Of a stretch of DNA of 64,000 nucleotides, positions 40,785 to 52,635 are shown piece after piece. The notes beneath the pieces were generated by a model, which saw only the letters and a program-made list of their open reading frames with translations, ran no database searches and was not told the DNA's origin. The position numbers and the translations under genes are program-made. The first letter of the stretch is position 1, and each line of letters starts with the position of its first letter. The DNA is from Sphyrna mokarran (Eukaryota). The stretch is from positions 125,550,001 through 125,614,000 of the forward strand of contig JAGIQG010000007.1 of assembly GCA_024679065.1 (NCBI GenBank), written 5' to 3'.

Positions 40785-41350
40785 AGAATGGATGGAAGTC
40801 AGGAAAAGGCTGCCCCCTGTTTCACAGAGACGTTTCTCGAGATGAGTTTGAAAACACTCAGGGCACGGAGCCAAATGTTCTTTCCAGAGGATGACCTGCC
40901 AGCATCACTAGACTTATTTGGAGCAAGAAAGTCGCTGGAATGTAATATGGAAGAGCTGAATATGGTGTAGAAAACCATTCAGTGACTTCTGGCAATAAAA
41001 ATGTTATTAACTTTAATCTGACAGCCATCATACTCTCACCTCTGTAGCAGTCTGCAGCTAAATGTCCTCTGAGGCACTCAACTAGTCCCTACGCAGAAAG
41101 TTTCCTCCCCAAACTCCAGCATGACTCTGCATCCCCATGAATATTACTGCCCTTCAGCCTCAATATGCTGGCTAATGCTACCCATCCCAACCTCCTCAAA
41201 TGTCAAGCCTACCTCAAGAGCTAAGATTGTACTTGTCACAGTAATAACACTCTACTTATTCTTATTATGAGAAAAGAGAATGTACGACCGATACCCGGGA
41301 AACACACTGAACTGGAGCAGGAGTTGCATCCTTGGGTGCTGATGGTAGTG
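40785..41350 (+). mobile_element. PIF/Harbinger relic, Myb/SANT-like ORF (possibly two exons)
   Basis: MDGSQEKAAPCFTETFLEMSLKTLRARSQMFFPED, then in a shifted frame WCRKPFSD, then an EKR...TGAG segment near 41270-41325. Confidence 0.55.
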
Positions 41351-42129
41351 GAGGAGAAAAGTGTGGTGCATTTAATTGTACACAATTGAGGTTAAACCTG
41401 TGATTTATAAAGATTCCTCATAATTTGCTTTTTTTTGTTTATTCAGTGCTTCTAATTATAAAGTCTTGGAACTTCTATGCTTTTTTTGAATAGAGAAGTG
41501 TGATGGAAAAAGACCAGGTGAAAGCATTTGATATCACATTGCCTCTGGTTATTGGCTTGTCACTCAGAGAGACTCATTGTCAACAATATTTTAAATATGA
41601 CAGTCTGCAATACCAGGGCTTAATCCCATTACCATCTGTGTGCAGTATTAATGCTTGTCTTTCACTTCCTGCGAGCGGATTGCCAGAGGCGTACCAAGAG
41701 GAATGAGACAGAGAAGAGCCAGTACTCTGAGAGGAAGCATCTTCACGTGACTCCTACATACTCACCACCAGTATAGTTGCACCCAGTGCAGTGAGTCCAG
41801 TATCTTTGTGAGTAAGGGTAGCATAAGGGGGTCACACATCACATGTGAACAGGATCAGATTCTGGAGACAGAGACACGCATGGGGAGTCCCCATCAAAAA
41901 GCATGAGGATACCTCCAGCTAAAAGAAATATGTGGACATCCAATACAGCTTATTGAAACTGTACAAATTGTTGAATTAAAGATGGAAGAGTCCATCCCTG
42001 CCATGTATGCTGTCATGTGTACCGATCCGATTGGCTGCAATCATTTCAAACTTAGAAACATCATTGGCTGATAAAGTTGTAAAATATAGAATCATAGAAT
42101 GGTCATGGATTGGAAGAAGGTCCTTCAGT

Positions 42130-42580
42130 ATATTCTCTTTTTATTTCTCTCTGCTCATCCTCCTGCATTTCTCTTCAAGCAGTGCATTCCAGACTGTAAC
42201 CACGCGCTGCATTAAAGCTTTACTTCTTTCACTGTTACTTCCTTTGCCATTTATCTCAGCACAATATCCTCCGATTCTCATTCCATTGGGAACAATTTAT
42301 CTTTGTCTGCTCTGCCCAGACTCTTCGTGATTTTGAATACCTCTGTCAAACCTTGTTTCAACCTTATTTTCTCAAAGGAGAACTACCGAAACCCCTCAAT
42401 CCATTCACGTAACTGAAGTTACTCATCTCTGCTGACATTCGCATCAATCTTTCTTATACCTTCTTAAAAGCCTTCTTCACATCCTTCCTGAAGGCAGCGC
42501 TCATAAAAGTACATCAAACTCCAGTTGAGGCTGAATCAGAGTTTTATAAGGGTTCGTCATAATTTGTTTACCTTTGTATT
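42130..42580 (-). mobile_element. CR1 3' fragment, decayed
   Basis: PYKTLIQPQLEF in ORF 42501..42725 and downstream CR1-like sequence. Confidence 0.65.
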
Positions 42581-44003
42581 CAATGGGTCGGATGTTTTGG
42601 CCACACTCACTCTGAGGCAAATCCTTTGTATGGTCCATGTCCCACTCACTGATTCCTGTGGCAGGCAGGACGGGAAAATTCCACTCCATGTCTTGAGGGA
42701 GGCAATGGCTTAGTGGTATTATCATTGGATTATTAATCCAGAAACTCAGCTAATGTTCTGAAATAATGTAGCTATTAACACTTGGCCAGGTAGTCCCAGG
42801 CCTGTCTGGTTTTATTGGAGTTTGATTGTCTAAGACTTCGCTGCATGAATACTGTCTGTTCCAGCTCGATAGTTTGCAGATTGCAGACTCCAGCTAGGTT
42901 TAATCTTGGCTTCCATGTTGAGATTTTATCCATGTTCATGAAAAAAATACCAATATTTCTGTTACAATCCCAAAGGCCATCTGACTGCAATCTGGCAGTG
43001 AAAGACTTTTGGATTCCTTTTTATGTTAGCTGTCCATCTCTTCGCATACTCTTGCATTGTTTTTCTTACTTTGCCAGTAAAGTAAGACCCTCTGTTTTGG
43101 ATATGAAAATACACATCAATCATGCCTGCTTTTCCTGCGGTCTCATGAGAAAGCAGAGCCAAGTGACATTATCAAGAGATGTTGATTACCCCAAGTAAAA
43201 TAGTGACAGACTAGTGCAGGGATCTGTCACCTGGAAAGGTCCATAAACACACAAGTGCCCCTGAATGATTGCTACATGGCAGATGGAAAACTGCCAGGGG
43301 ATCTTGAATGACCCTGTATAAAATTGGATCAACTGTTGAATGAATGGTGAGAATGATTATCATTGTTTACGTACCAAAATGTACAATCTGCATTCCTACA
43401 AATGTGCCAACTATTGACGAGTAGCAAGCTGCAGTTAGCAGGGCTCTTAATGGAATAAGGATGATCAAGCAAGACTGTTCATTCCATGCAGTTTGCCCAA
43501 ACCCATTGAACCTGAGCCCAGTTAACTCAGCTTGAAGGATAATTCCTTCCTCAGCCACTTCAGTGCCGACTTGAGGCTTTCCACGTGATCGAAGATCAAA
43601 AACACTCCTGACATATAACTAAAGAAAGCTTAGCTTCTGCTTGCTGCAATCAAACAGACATAGTTCAAAGTGCTTTGGGATTTCGAGCCTGGATTTAGTT
43701 ACAATTTGCTGTAAGATCTGCTCACTCATTGTGAAGAGTACCACTGCCGTGAGCATTCAACCCTACCAGTGCATGTTGGCTGCCTTTGCTGAAGCAAGAA
43801 GTTATCACTGAGGCGTAGAAATATAAATTGAAGCCTGTTTTGAGACTTTAAAGTAGGAGCAGAGCAAATGCCTGAAAGTATTTACTTTGCTTTCTAGAGA
43901 AAGCAGGATGTATCTTCAATTCATTGCGAATCAAATTACTTCTTTTTTTCCCAGAGTAAACTTTAACTTGTTAATATTTGTGAAATACAATTGTATCTTG
44001 CAG

Positions 44004-44120
44004 CTCCGTGTGGAAGTCGATCCACAGGTTCTGATGGAACTGTGCTATCACCAAACTACCCCAGAAATTATAGTACTGGACACAATTGTGTTTATTCTAT
44101 CACTGTCTCCAGAGAGTTTG
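44004..44120 (+). CDS. CSMD3: CSMD3 exon, N-terminal part of a CUB domain, 117 nt, phase 1-1
   Basis: Acceptor tatcttgcag|CT, donor TTTG|gtgagt. Translates (A)PCGSRSTGSDGTVLSPNYPRNYSTGHNCVYSITVSREF. Not in the ORF track, but it exactly bridges the flanking exons in frame. Confidence 0.95.
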
Positions 44121-44547
44121 GTGAGTGACGTTACCATTCACTATTTACTAAATGACTTGAGGTTTGCAAGGATACTAGGCTAATGGTATTGTTTGTTTTT
44201 TGAGACAAAGGAGTATTGGCCTTGACCAGATACTTCTAAATTAAATTTGAAATTCACGAGTGCAGATCCAAAAGATAAGACAAAATTGCCTTTATTTTAT
44301 GGACAACACTGTCATCTCTGCCTCCACCCTCTCCTCTGATTACCCTCTCATACGATTTTGCCATCCTCCCAACGACCCTCCCCACCCCCCTCAATATCCC
44401 TCCGTGGTGCTCCCTCCAACGACCAAGTACATGCCAACCAATTCAGCCCTAACCCTCCCTTTGTACCCCACCCCCTCCCCAGAGTGTCCAATCATCACCC
44501 TGCAGGCAACATCCTAAGTGGTCATATGTCCCCAGACAACCCCACAC

Positions 44548-44991
44548 TTGTCTAACGAGAGGCATACTCACGATGGGTCATGAGAGAACTGCTCTTGGAT
44601 CTTTTTCGAGAGTACCCTACTGCTTCACGTCGTTAGCGTATGCTTGACCTGGACCATCTGATGGGCAACACGACAGCATAGTGACTATAGCTGTGCTGTG
44701 TAGATGCATGGATTTGGGCCTGTGTCTGTGGGAGTTTGCGCATTCTCCCCGTGCTTGCGTGGGTTTTCTCTGGGAGCTCCGGTTTCCTCCCACATCCCAA
44801 AGATGTGCTCTTAGGCTAATTGGCAAAACAAATTCTCCCTAAATTGTCTCAAATTTGGTTTTTAATCCATAGATCTATAAACATGGACAGGGATCGCGGG
44901 TAGAGGTGGGAACGTTGGGGTGGCGGCGCGGGCTCGTTGGGCCAAAGGGCCTGTTTCCCGTGCTGTTTTGTTCTTTGTTCTTTGTTTTTTT
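44548..44991 (+). mobile_element. V-domain SINE with atypical 5' extension, copy 1
   Basis: ~110-nt extension, degenerate tRNA head, V-domain, CR1-type end (gggccaaagggcctgtttcccgtgctgt) and (ttctttg)n tail. Confidence 0.85.
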
Positions 44992-46212
44992 GACCCCCTC
45001 CCACATCCAAATTCAAACCACTTATCTGACACAACCGATCATCTCCCTGATTTGAAAGCGATTATGCCTTTAAGCATACCTGATTTATGCCGCATTTATG
45101 CCGATTTATGTCGTTAATGCCGCACAAAAAAGAGATTATGACTTCCTTGCAGAATACCTAGTTGTATTCTGCCCTGCACAGTCCCGGTCTGGTCTGTGTT
45201 GAAAGGTATGGCGGGAAAGGGTCAGAAAGACTTGAAAGTAAAAAATGTTGGAGTGAATTGTGAGTCTATATCTTGAAAAAGAGTCGTGTGAGAAAAGGAT
45301 AATTAAAATAACTGTTTTGAAGTGACTGTTTCAGGAGAATTAATGTTTACATTTCGGAAGATGGGTTTCTCTGCACCTATGCAGAGAGAGAGAGCATGGT
45401 TTTCTATATCTCATTTTCACTTTGTCCTTTGTTGAATCAATTTTCTTACTGTTCTATGATGAACATTCGAATTAACATTTTTTGAAATGTAAAAATAATA
45501 AAAACTCAGTGAGTAGGATCATTTGTATCTGGGTACAAAATCTGGCATAAAATCCGTCTCTGACTGTTAGAATCAAGCTTCTTTCCCCATTCAAGCATAT
45601 GAGCCAAAGTTTGATCGATGCGTGACTTCTTTCCTCATTACCCAGTTGGTTTACATTCGCTTCACGTAGCATTTATGTGGCAAGCTCCGAGAATCTGAGT
45701 CATATTTTAGTGAAGAAAGAAAGTGAAAGCTGTCAAGTGAGAATATTTTTCTCTCACTTAAGTTACGTGTTAAAAATGTGCAGTCCTGTGTTTTTTTTTA
45801 ATGTTTCATTACTCTGCTGAAGGAAAAATGACAGTGCTATTTAACAGGCTAATGGCTTCAGCCCCAAAGATAAATGACTTGCATGTGTATGGTGGATGCC
45901 CCGGGCAACAGTCTTTTGTAAACAAAGCATGATTCATAATTTTCAGTGACCTTGTGTTGACATTAAAATGACTGATAACTATTAAACATCAGGGAATCGA
46001 ACCATCAGCGCATGATTAGCATGCAGGGTGATGTATATCTCTCCAGAAGTTTTCTCGATGTACAGCATCATTCTGCTTCATAAGTGAGTGTTTGGCACGA
46101 AGTGAAAAAAATGAAGAGCTTGCGAAATGAAGTCTAATATCCTGAGTGTTTTGATTTTAATTTTTCAATTGATAAACAGGTTAAGGAATGCAACTTCAAT
46201 TTCAAAATCCAC

Positions 46213-46388
46213 AGGGCTGGATTTACCCATCAATAAGTATGTTGGCAGTTTTGTTTCCAGAATGGTTCAAAAAAATATCTAGGTTGGAATTTTATGACTC
46301 TGTAAACATAATAATACAGGGCGCCATTCAAAACTCCATTGACTTTGGAAGATCCTGCTAGTGGAAGGGGCTGTAAAATTCCACCCTT
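46213..46388. mobile_element. MITE-like element
   Basis: Imperfect TIRs gggctggattt ... aaaattccaccc. Similar ends occur at 42585-42685. Confidence 0.45.
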
Positions 46389-47098
46389 CCTTTAATGTTG
46401 TCGATGTTCTTTTGGATGTTATAGCTTTAACTTCCACGATTGCTCTGTGTTGACCAACAGAAGTATGAGATCAGTTTGTTAGTGCTAATTACCCCTTTCA
46501 CATCAAGTCTTTCACACTCTTTATTTTGTCGAAGTTCATTAATCCTCCCAATCTGAGTTAATTCAGACTTGCACAAAATAAAAAAAAACTTGTGTAAATT
46601 TGCAGGGTGAAAGGGAAGCAACTTTATTCATCCGAAACCTTGTGTCTTAACTCAGAAATTCACGATTGTAATGCTTTCTTTAAACAATATCGTGAATATC
46701 AAACCACACATCACAAGTTCAGTTTCTCTGTATTCTAACTCCATTCATTTGACTAATTGGCTCCATGTTCTTTCATAACTTCAGCTAAAAGAAATGCATC
46801 AAAGTCAGATTTAAAATTCTAAATTGAGTTAATGACCACAGTTATTTTGAGGCAGAGAGTTTCATTCTCTTAATAAGCCATTCGATGCCCATTATTACTG
46901 AGCACATTGCAATTTAGTGATAGCTCAGACAGGAGGCATCGAGCAGACTTGGTTCCTGAAAGGTTGGGTGTCATGCCATCAACAGCCAACTGCTCACACT
47001 GGTGTGAAAGACTAAGTATCAAATTTGGTTTATTCAGTTGGAGTTCAGAGAAGAATCTCACACAGTCTGTGCACTGCAGAGGTCCCTTGCGTATATAT

Positions 47099-47533
47099 CA
47101 AAGAACAAAGAATAAAACAGCACGGGAAATAGGCCCTTCGGCCCAATTAGCCTGCTCTGCCACCTCGATGTTCCCACTTTTACCCATGATCCCTGTCTAT
47201 GTTTATAGATCTACGGATTGAAACCAAATTTGAGACAATTTAGGGAGAATTTGTTTTGCCAATTAGCTTAAGAGCACATCTTTGGGACGTGGGAGGAAAC
47301 CAGAGCACTCGGAGAAAACCCATGCAAGCACAGGGAGAATGCGCAAACTCTCACAGACACAGACCCAAAATCCATGTATCTGCACAGCACAGCGATAGTC
47401 ACTGCGCTGTCGTGTTGCCCATTAAATGGTCCAGGTCAAGTGTACACTAACGACGTGAAGCCCGAAGATACTCTTGAAAAATCCAAGAGCAGCGCTCTCA
47501 CGGCCCATCGCGTGTACACCCCTCGTTAGACAA
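47099..47533 (-). mobile_element. V-domain SINE with atypical 5' extension, copy 2
   Basis: Reverse complement is collinear with 44548-44991 from end to end. Confidence 0.85.
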
Positions 47534-47569
47534 CAAAGCAGACCAAAGCACATATCATTAAATGTCAGT

Positions 47570-48470
47570 GGACAGGGCCTATTCATACGTAGCACTGAGT
47601 GGGCAGTTGTGCATGCACTGATCTATGAGCGCCAAGGTGCCGCTTGAGCAATGGTTCCTGTCTGTTAGCCTCCTCGTTGCTAGCCAACTGGATTGCTGGC
47701 CAGCGTCATAACCCCCCGCGTCGCTGGCCCCCTGCCCACCGCCCCCCATGGCCTGATCACTTTTCTCCCCTCCCCAGCCCAACCCAATCTCCAGCAATCC
47801 CCCTCAATTTCCCCCACCCTGACAGTGCCAACCCCTTCTTCTGCAGTCCCATCCCCTCCAGCAGGCTCCCTTGCCCACCACCCATCCCAGCCTGCCCCCT
47901 TCCCCCACAAATCTCAACTACAGAATGGCAGCAGGACTCCTCACCCCCATCGATTGCCCTGCCCCCTCATCATTGCCCATGCCCGATGGACAGTACCAAG
48001 GTAGCTCCTCAGCATTAGCACTCCACCTCTTGGGCAGTGCCCGAGGCCCATGTTAGCACTACGAAATGCCAATGCCCAGCGGGGCACCCAACCACAGCCT
48101 GACTCTCTGGGGGACCCTGATTGCCCTGTCTTCTATCCAGTGGAGTCAGGCCCCTCCCCATTAATGGGGAGCTTCTGTAATCCCTATTGGAATGAACTAC
48201 TCTGAGTGGGGGAGGTGGGATTGGGTGGGTGGCTGGCAGGAGATGCTAGCCAGCCTGGAGACTTCAGTTCCCAGGCCTGTTAAAGAAATTTAAATGATAT
48301 TTAAATGACCATTTCAAAAGTCTTGGTACCTCCCTGATGATTTCCAGTATGGAGCTGCCGGAGACGCTATTAGGATGGGAACCCTGCAAATCGGCCGATC
48401 CGAGAATCTCCCGGCTTGCTGCATTCAAAAAATTAGCACAGTAGGATGGAAAAATCACAGCCAATTGGAT
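47570..48470. repeat. GC/C-rich interspersed-repeat-like segment, probably a non-autonomous DNA transposon
   Basis: Abrupt compositional shift. Similar tracts at 21070-21850 and 60870-61660. Family not established. Confidence 0.35.
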
Positions 48471-48807
48471 TTGATGATTGGCCATGATCAAAATGAATGA
48501 CAGAAGAGGCTTGAAGGGCTGAACTGCCTCGTCCTGATAATTTCTCTGCTTTTATGTTTCCAGCCTCTAACTGTCAGTATCTTTTGATGCATGTTCACAT
48601 TCTATAGAAGTACAGGGTTAACTAGGTGATGTGTCTAGAGGTTCTCCTTGAAATACATAGTGAGAATTACTTTTATGCTTTGACCCTGAAGACTGCTCAC
48701 CCACATGCAGTGACCTGATTGAAGGATAACTTCAAAAATATTCATGTCATGTATTCCTGTCTAAAAAATGCTTTGCTGGAACAAAACATTAATTTATTCT
48801 CAATCAG

Positions 48808-48945
48808 AAAGATGTGCTGGTTAGGTGAGTTGGCCCTGCTAAATTCTCCCTCATTGTATCCAAACAGGCGCTAGAGTGTAATGACTCAGGGATTTTCACA
48901 ACCATTGCAGTGTTAATGTAAGCATACTTGTGACACTAATAATTA
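48808..48945 (+). mobile_element. V-SINE 3' tail (second tail type)
   Basis: aaagatgtgctggttagg...cattgcagtgttaatgtaagcatacttgtgacactaataa. Confidence 0.75.
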
Positions 48946-49425
48946 AACATGTAACTTTTCAGGACAGTGTTAACTGTCCATTATTTCAATCTAAAATACA
49001 GCAACTTGGACATAATCAGTGGAAGGAATCAGTTTTTCTGTGTCTCACAGAGTGATCTAATACTGACCTACAACATACAGTGAATATCTGAAATAGCTGC
49101 AGCATTTTCAATCACATGTAATGGATGTGACAGTCTAGATTTCCAAAAGCCCCAATAAAACTTGACAAGGTCAACCATTTAGTGTGAAATTTTGAAAACT
49201 TTCTCTTTGACCAAATTTTGAACATTGGTGTGAATTTGTCGAACGCAGCACATCAAAATGCAGTTTTCTTTTGTCGAGCAGCTAGGAGCTGCTCTCGAAT
49301 TTATCAAAGTGATTGCTGAGAATGTCAATTCACATAAGGTGTGGATATGCCCCTAATATTCAGTCAGTACTCAATTGATGCCAGTCGAAATGATTTTAAG
49401 AAAATATTTCAGAAATTTGCCTATT

Positions 49426-49749
49426 CATAGAAACCCTGCAGTGCAGAAAGAAGCCATTTGGCTCATCAAGCCTGCACCAACCACAATCCCTCACAAGCCC
49501 TAACCCCATATCCCTCCACATTTACCTGCTAATCCCTCTCAGGACACTACGGGGCAATTTTAGCATGGCCAATCAACTTAACCTGCACGTCTTTGGATTA
49601 TGGGAGGAAATCAGAACACCCAGAGAAAACCCACACAGACACAAGGAGAATGTGCAAACTCTACACAGACAGTGTCCCAAACTGGGAATTGACCCAGGTT
49701 CCTGGAGCTGTGAAGCAGCAGTGCTAACCACCGTGCTATTGTGTCGCCC
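49426..49749 (-). mobile_element. Full-length HE1-like V-SINE
   Basis: Minus strand gggcgacacaatagcacggtggttagcactgctgcttcacagctccagg...gggtcaattccc, then V-domain and CR1-type tail. Confidence 0.9.
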
Positions 49750-49982
49750 AATTATTGTGACGTGTTGAAAATGCACATGAAGGTGGTGGCCTGAAGCTTG
49801 ATGAAGTCTCACCTCTGTCTCTGTTCCAGGGGTGTTCCACTTCCCACACTTTTCATCCGTGTCTATTGAAGGGTACAGTCCATCGTTGGATAAAATGCAC
49901 CAAATGGTGCTTCTCCTAAATTTCCAGCTTTGTTATATTTCTTGCTTTCACTGTTGGATATTTTGTAAAAATACATCACTAA

Positions 49983-50216
<234 letters not shown>

Positions 50217-51941
50217 TGATTCCAGCCCTATTGCAAAATAACATTTTGGAAAATGTGTGCTTGTGGATGTTAAATCTCTTCAAACTGAGGTGTCTCCTCA
50301 ACAGCTGCTCCACAGTCAGACGTTAAGAACCATAGATCTTCATTCAGTCTACTTACTCTACACTCCAAATGTTGACTGCCCACTCAGGGTGGTTCCCCAG
50401 CCAGCTCACCCCATATACTCTGGCATATGATCCATTCCCTTGAAGGGACTATGCCCCAACATAGGCAACAATGGACAAATGTCCTATTTCTTTTGATTCT
50501 GCATATTGCAGCAACTTCTGCAGAGTCTGTATCTGTAATTTACGAGCAAACCACGATGCTTGTTGGAAGATTGAAAAATAAATTCTAAAAAGCAGCACCC
50601 TTTGGTAGACAACGGTAGAGCTAGACTTGCATGTTAGATTCAATGATTTTAAGCATAACTTATACCAGCCAACATTTAGCTTCAGGGTCCAAGGGCAAAA
50701 CATGGTTTGTGTTGGTGGCAATGGTGTTAAGGACTAGGTAGCAATGGAAATTAGACTAGCTCGTAAAATCTGAGATACCCTTGTATTTTGAAAAACATTG
50801 GCCCAAATTCAGTTGAAGAAAAACAGGATAAATTTCAAAATCAGCTATGAAAGGTTGAGTCAATGGAAAGAAGATTGAATATTGTATTAGATGTTTGAAC
50901 ACTGAACTATTTTCTGCTGAAATTGTGTTGGACAAATATCATTAGATTCGAAGCAGGACAAAGCAAATAACATTTATGAGCTTACATTTGGACCATCACC
51001 TAAAGACAGCACTGAAAAGCAGCAGTAGTTGCAATCTCAGTGTAAGTGTCAACATCACGGCTCATTACATGTTAGAGCCTTTTGTCCCCAAACCGAGGAA
51101 AGGCAAGACAGTTCAAATCTTGTATTCTGAGTAAGACAAAATCTATTTGATTAAAACAGAATGAGATATGCAGTTCCTTTGTATGTCTCGAAGTATTGCT
51201 TAATGCTTCAGTTGGCTCTTATATTCATTTGTAATATAACAAGCACATTTTGGGGGTTTAGCTTAATGTTGAAGATTCATAGCATTATTAAAAGAAAAAA
51301 AGGAGGTTTCTGCTGTGGTCAACTGGCCTTTTTCAACCAACAATAATAAAAGATTAATTGGGCATCGATCTAATTTTGTAGTATCTTATTCTACAGAATT
51401 TTGTTGTCATGTTTCTTTATGTAAAAGTCAACCCACATCAAAATCATTGGCTGTATATAATACGCTTAGGGACACCATAAATAACTTGATCAATGCAAGC
51501 AATATTACATTTAATGGGGAAACTCAACAGTGGGCAATAATTACTGCCAACTCACTGTAGCATAAATAAAATAGCTTTGGAGCATTGGCACTACGCGGTG
51601 GTACATGCTCACTAACTAATGCTAATGGGGAAATAAGTTCACTGCCAATCAAAATAAAATTACATTCAAAATTACATTCAGAAGCACTGATGTGTGACGA
51701 GTGGTAGAAATAACTGCTGCTGCAACTTTTGCTGCTGGGTTTGTCTGTTTGAGTGGAGAGTCTCAATTCAGTTCCATTGTCAGTGTAATATTCAGAGAAC
51801 ATTAAATTTATTCATTGGAATGCACTGCACAATTTGCTGTTAATATTAATGATATGAAATGCAACAGGATGGTTGAAATAGTTTTCACTTTGTTTAAAAT
51901 AAGCTATTTTGTTTCCAATGGTATCTAATTGCAATGCTTAA

Positions 51942-52220
<279 letters not shown>

Positions 52221-52635
52221 TGAATGAATTATTGGCTGAATTAAAACACAACAAAAATGCAATGCCAGAGTTTAAAATCTAAAGTAATCATTACAACAGC
52301 AAAGGTTTGTTAAGAAAGAAGTCCAGTTCTTCTGCTACACAAATTTGAGATTGTTGTTAGGGAGAAGTTCTTCACTCTAAGTGGAATGAACATTTGGTAG
52401 GATTCCCAGGAAGAGTAATGGAGGAAACAACCTTCAAATTATTCAGTGGTCTTTTGGACACATTGGTGGGAGATGTGTCTTTCTGATGGAAGATTATGGA
52501 TCACCCAATAACCTTCCCTGTCTCCAGCTATTTAGTGATCTTGTGACTATTATTCCAGAGGGTCTGGAATAATTATCTTGTCTTCACTAAGCTAGATTGA
52601 TTAGGTAGTGTACCCCAGAGGGGTGAAATACTTGG

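Noticed and set aside
44572-44665. HDV/CPEB3-like ribozyme in the SINE extension (ttcacgtcg; gggtca/tgacct-gg)
   Set aside because: I could not build P3/L3 directly before the P1 3' strand or a P2 helix, and the pairing is weaker in copy 2. Kept only as unassigned structure.
47579-48056. Cluster of overlapping Pro/Gly-rich ORFs
   Set aside because: Expected from GC-rich, stop-poor repeat sequence.
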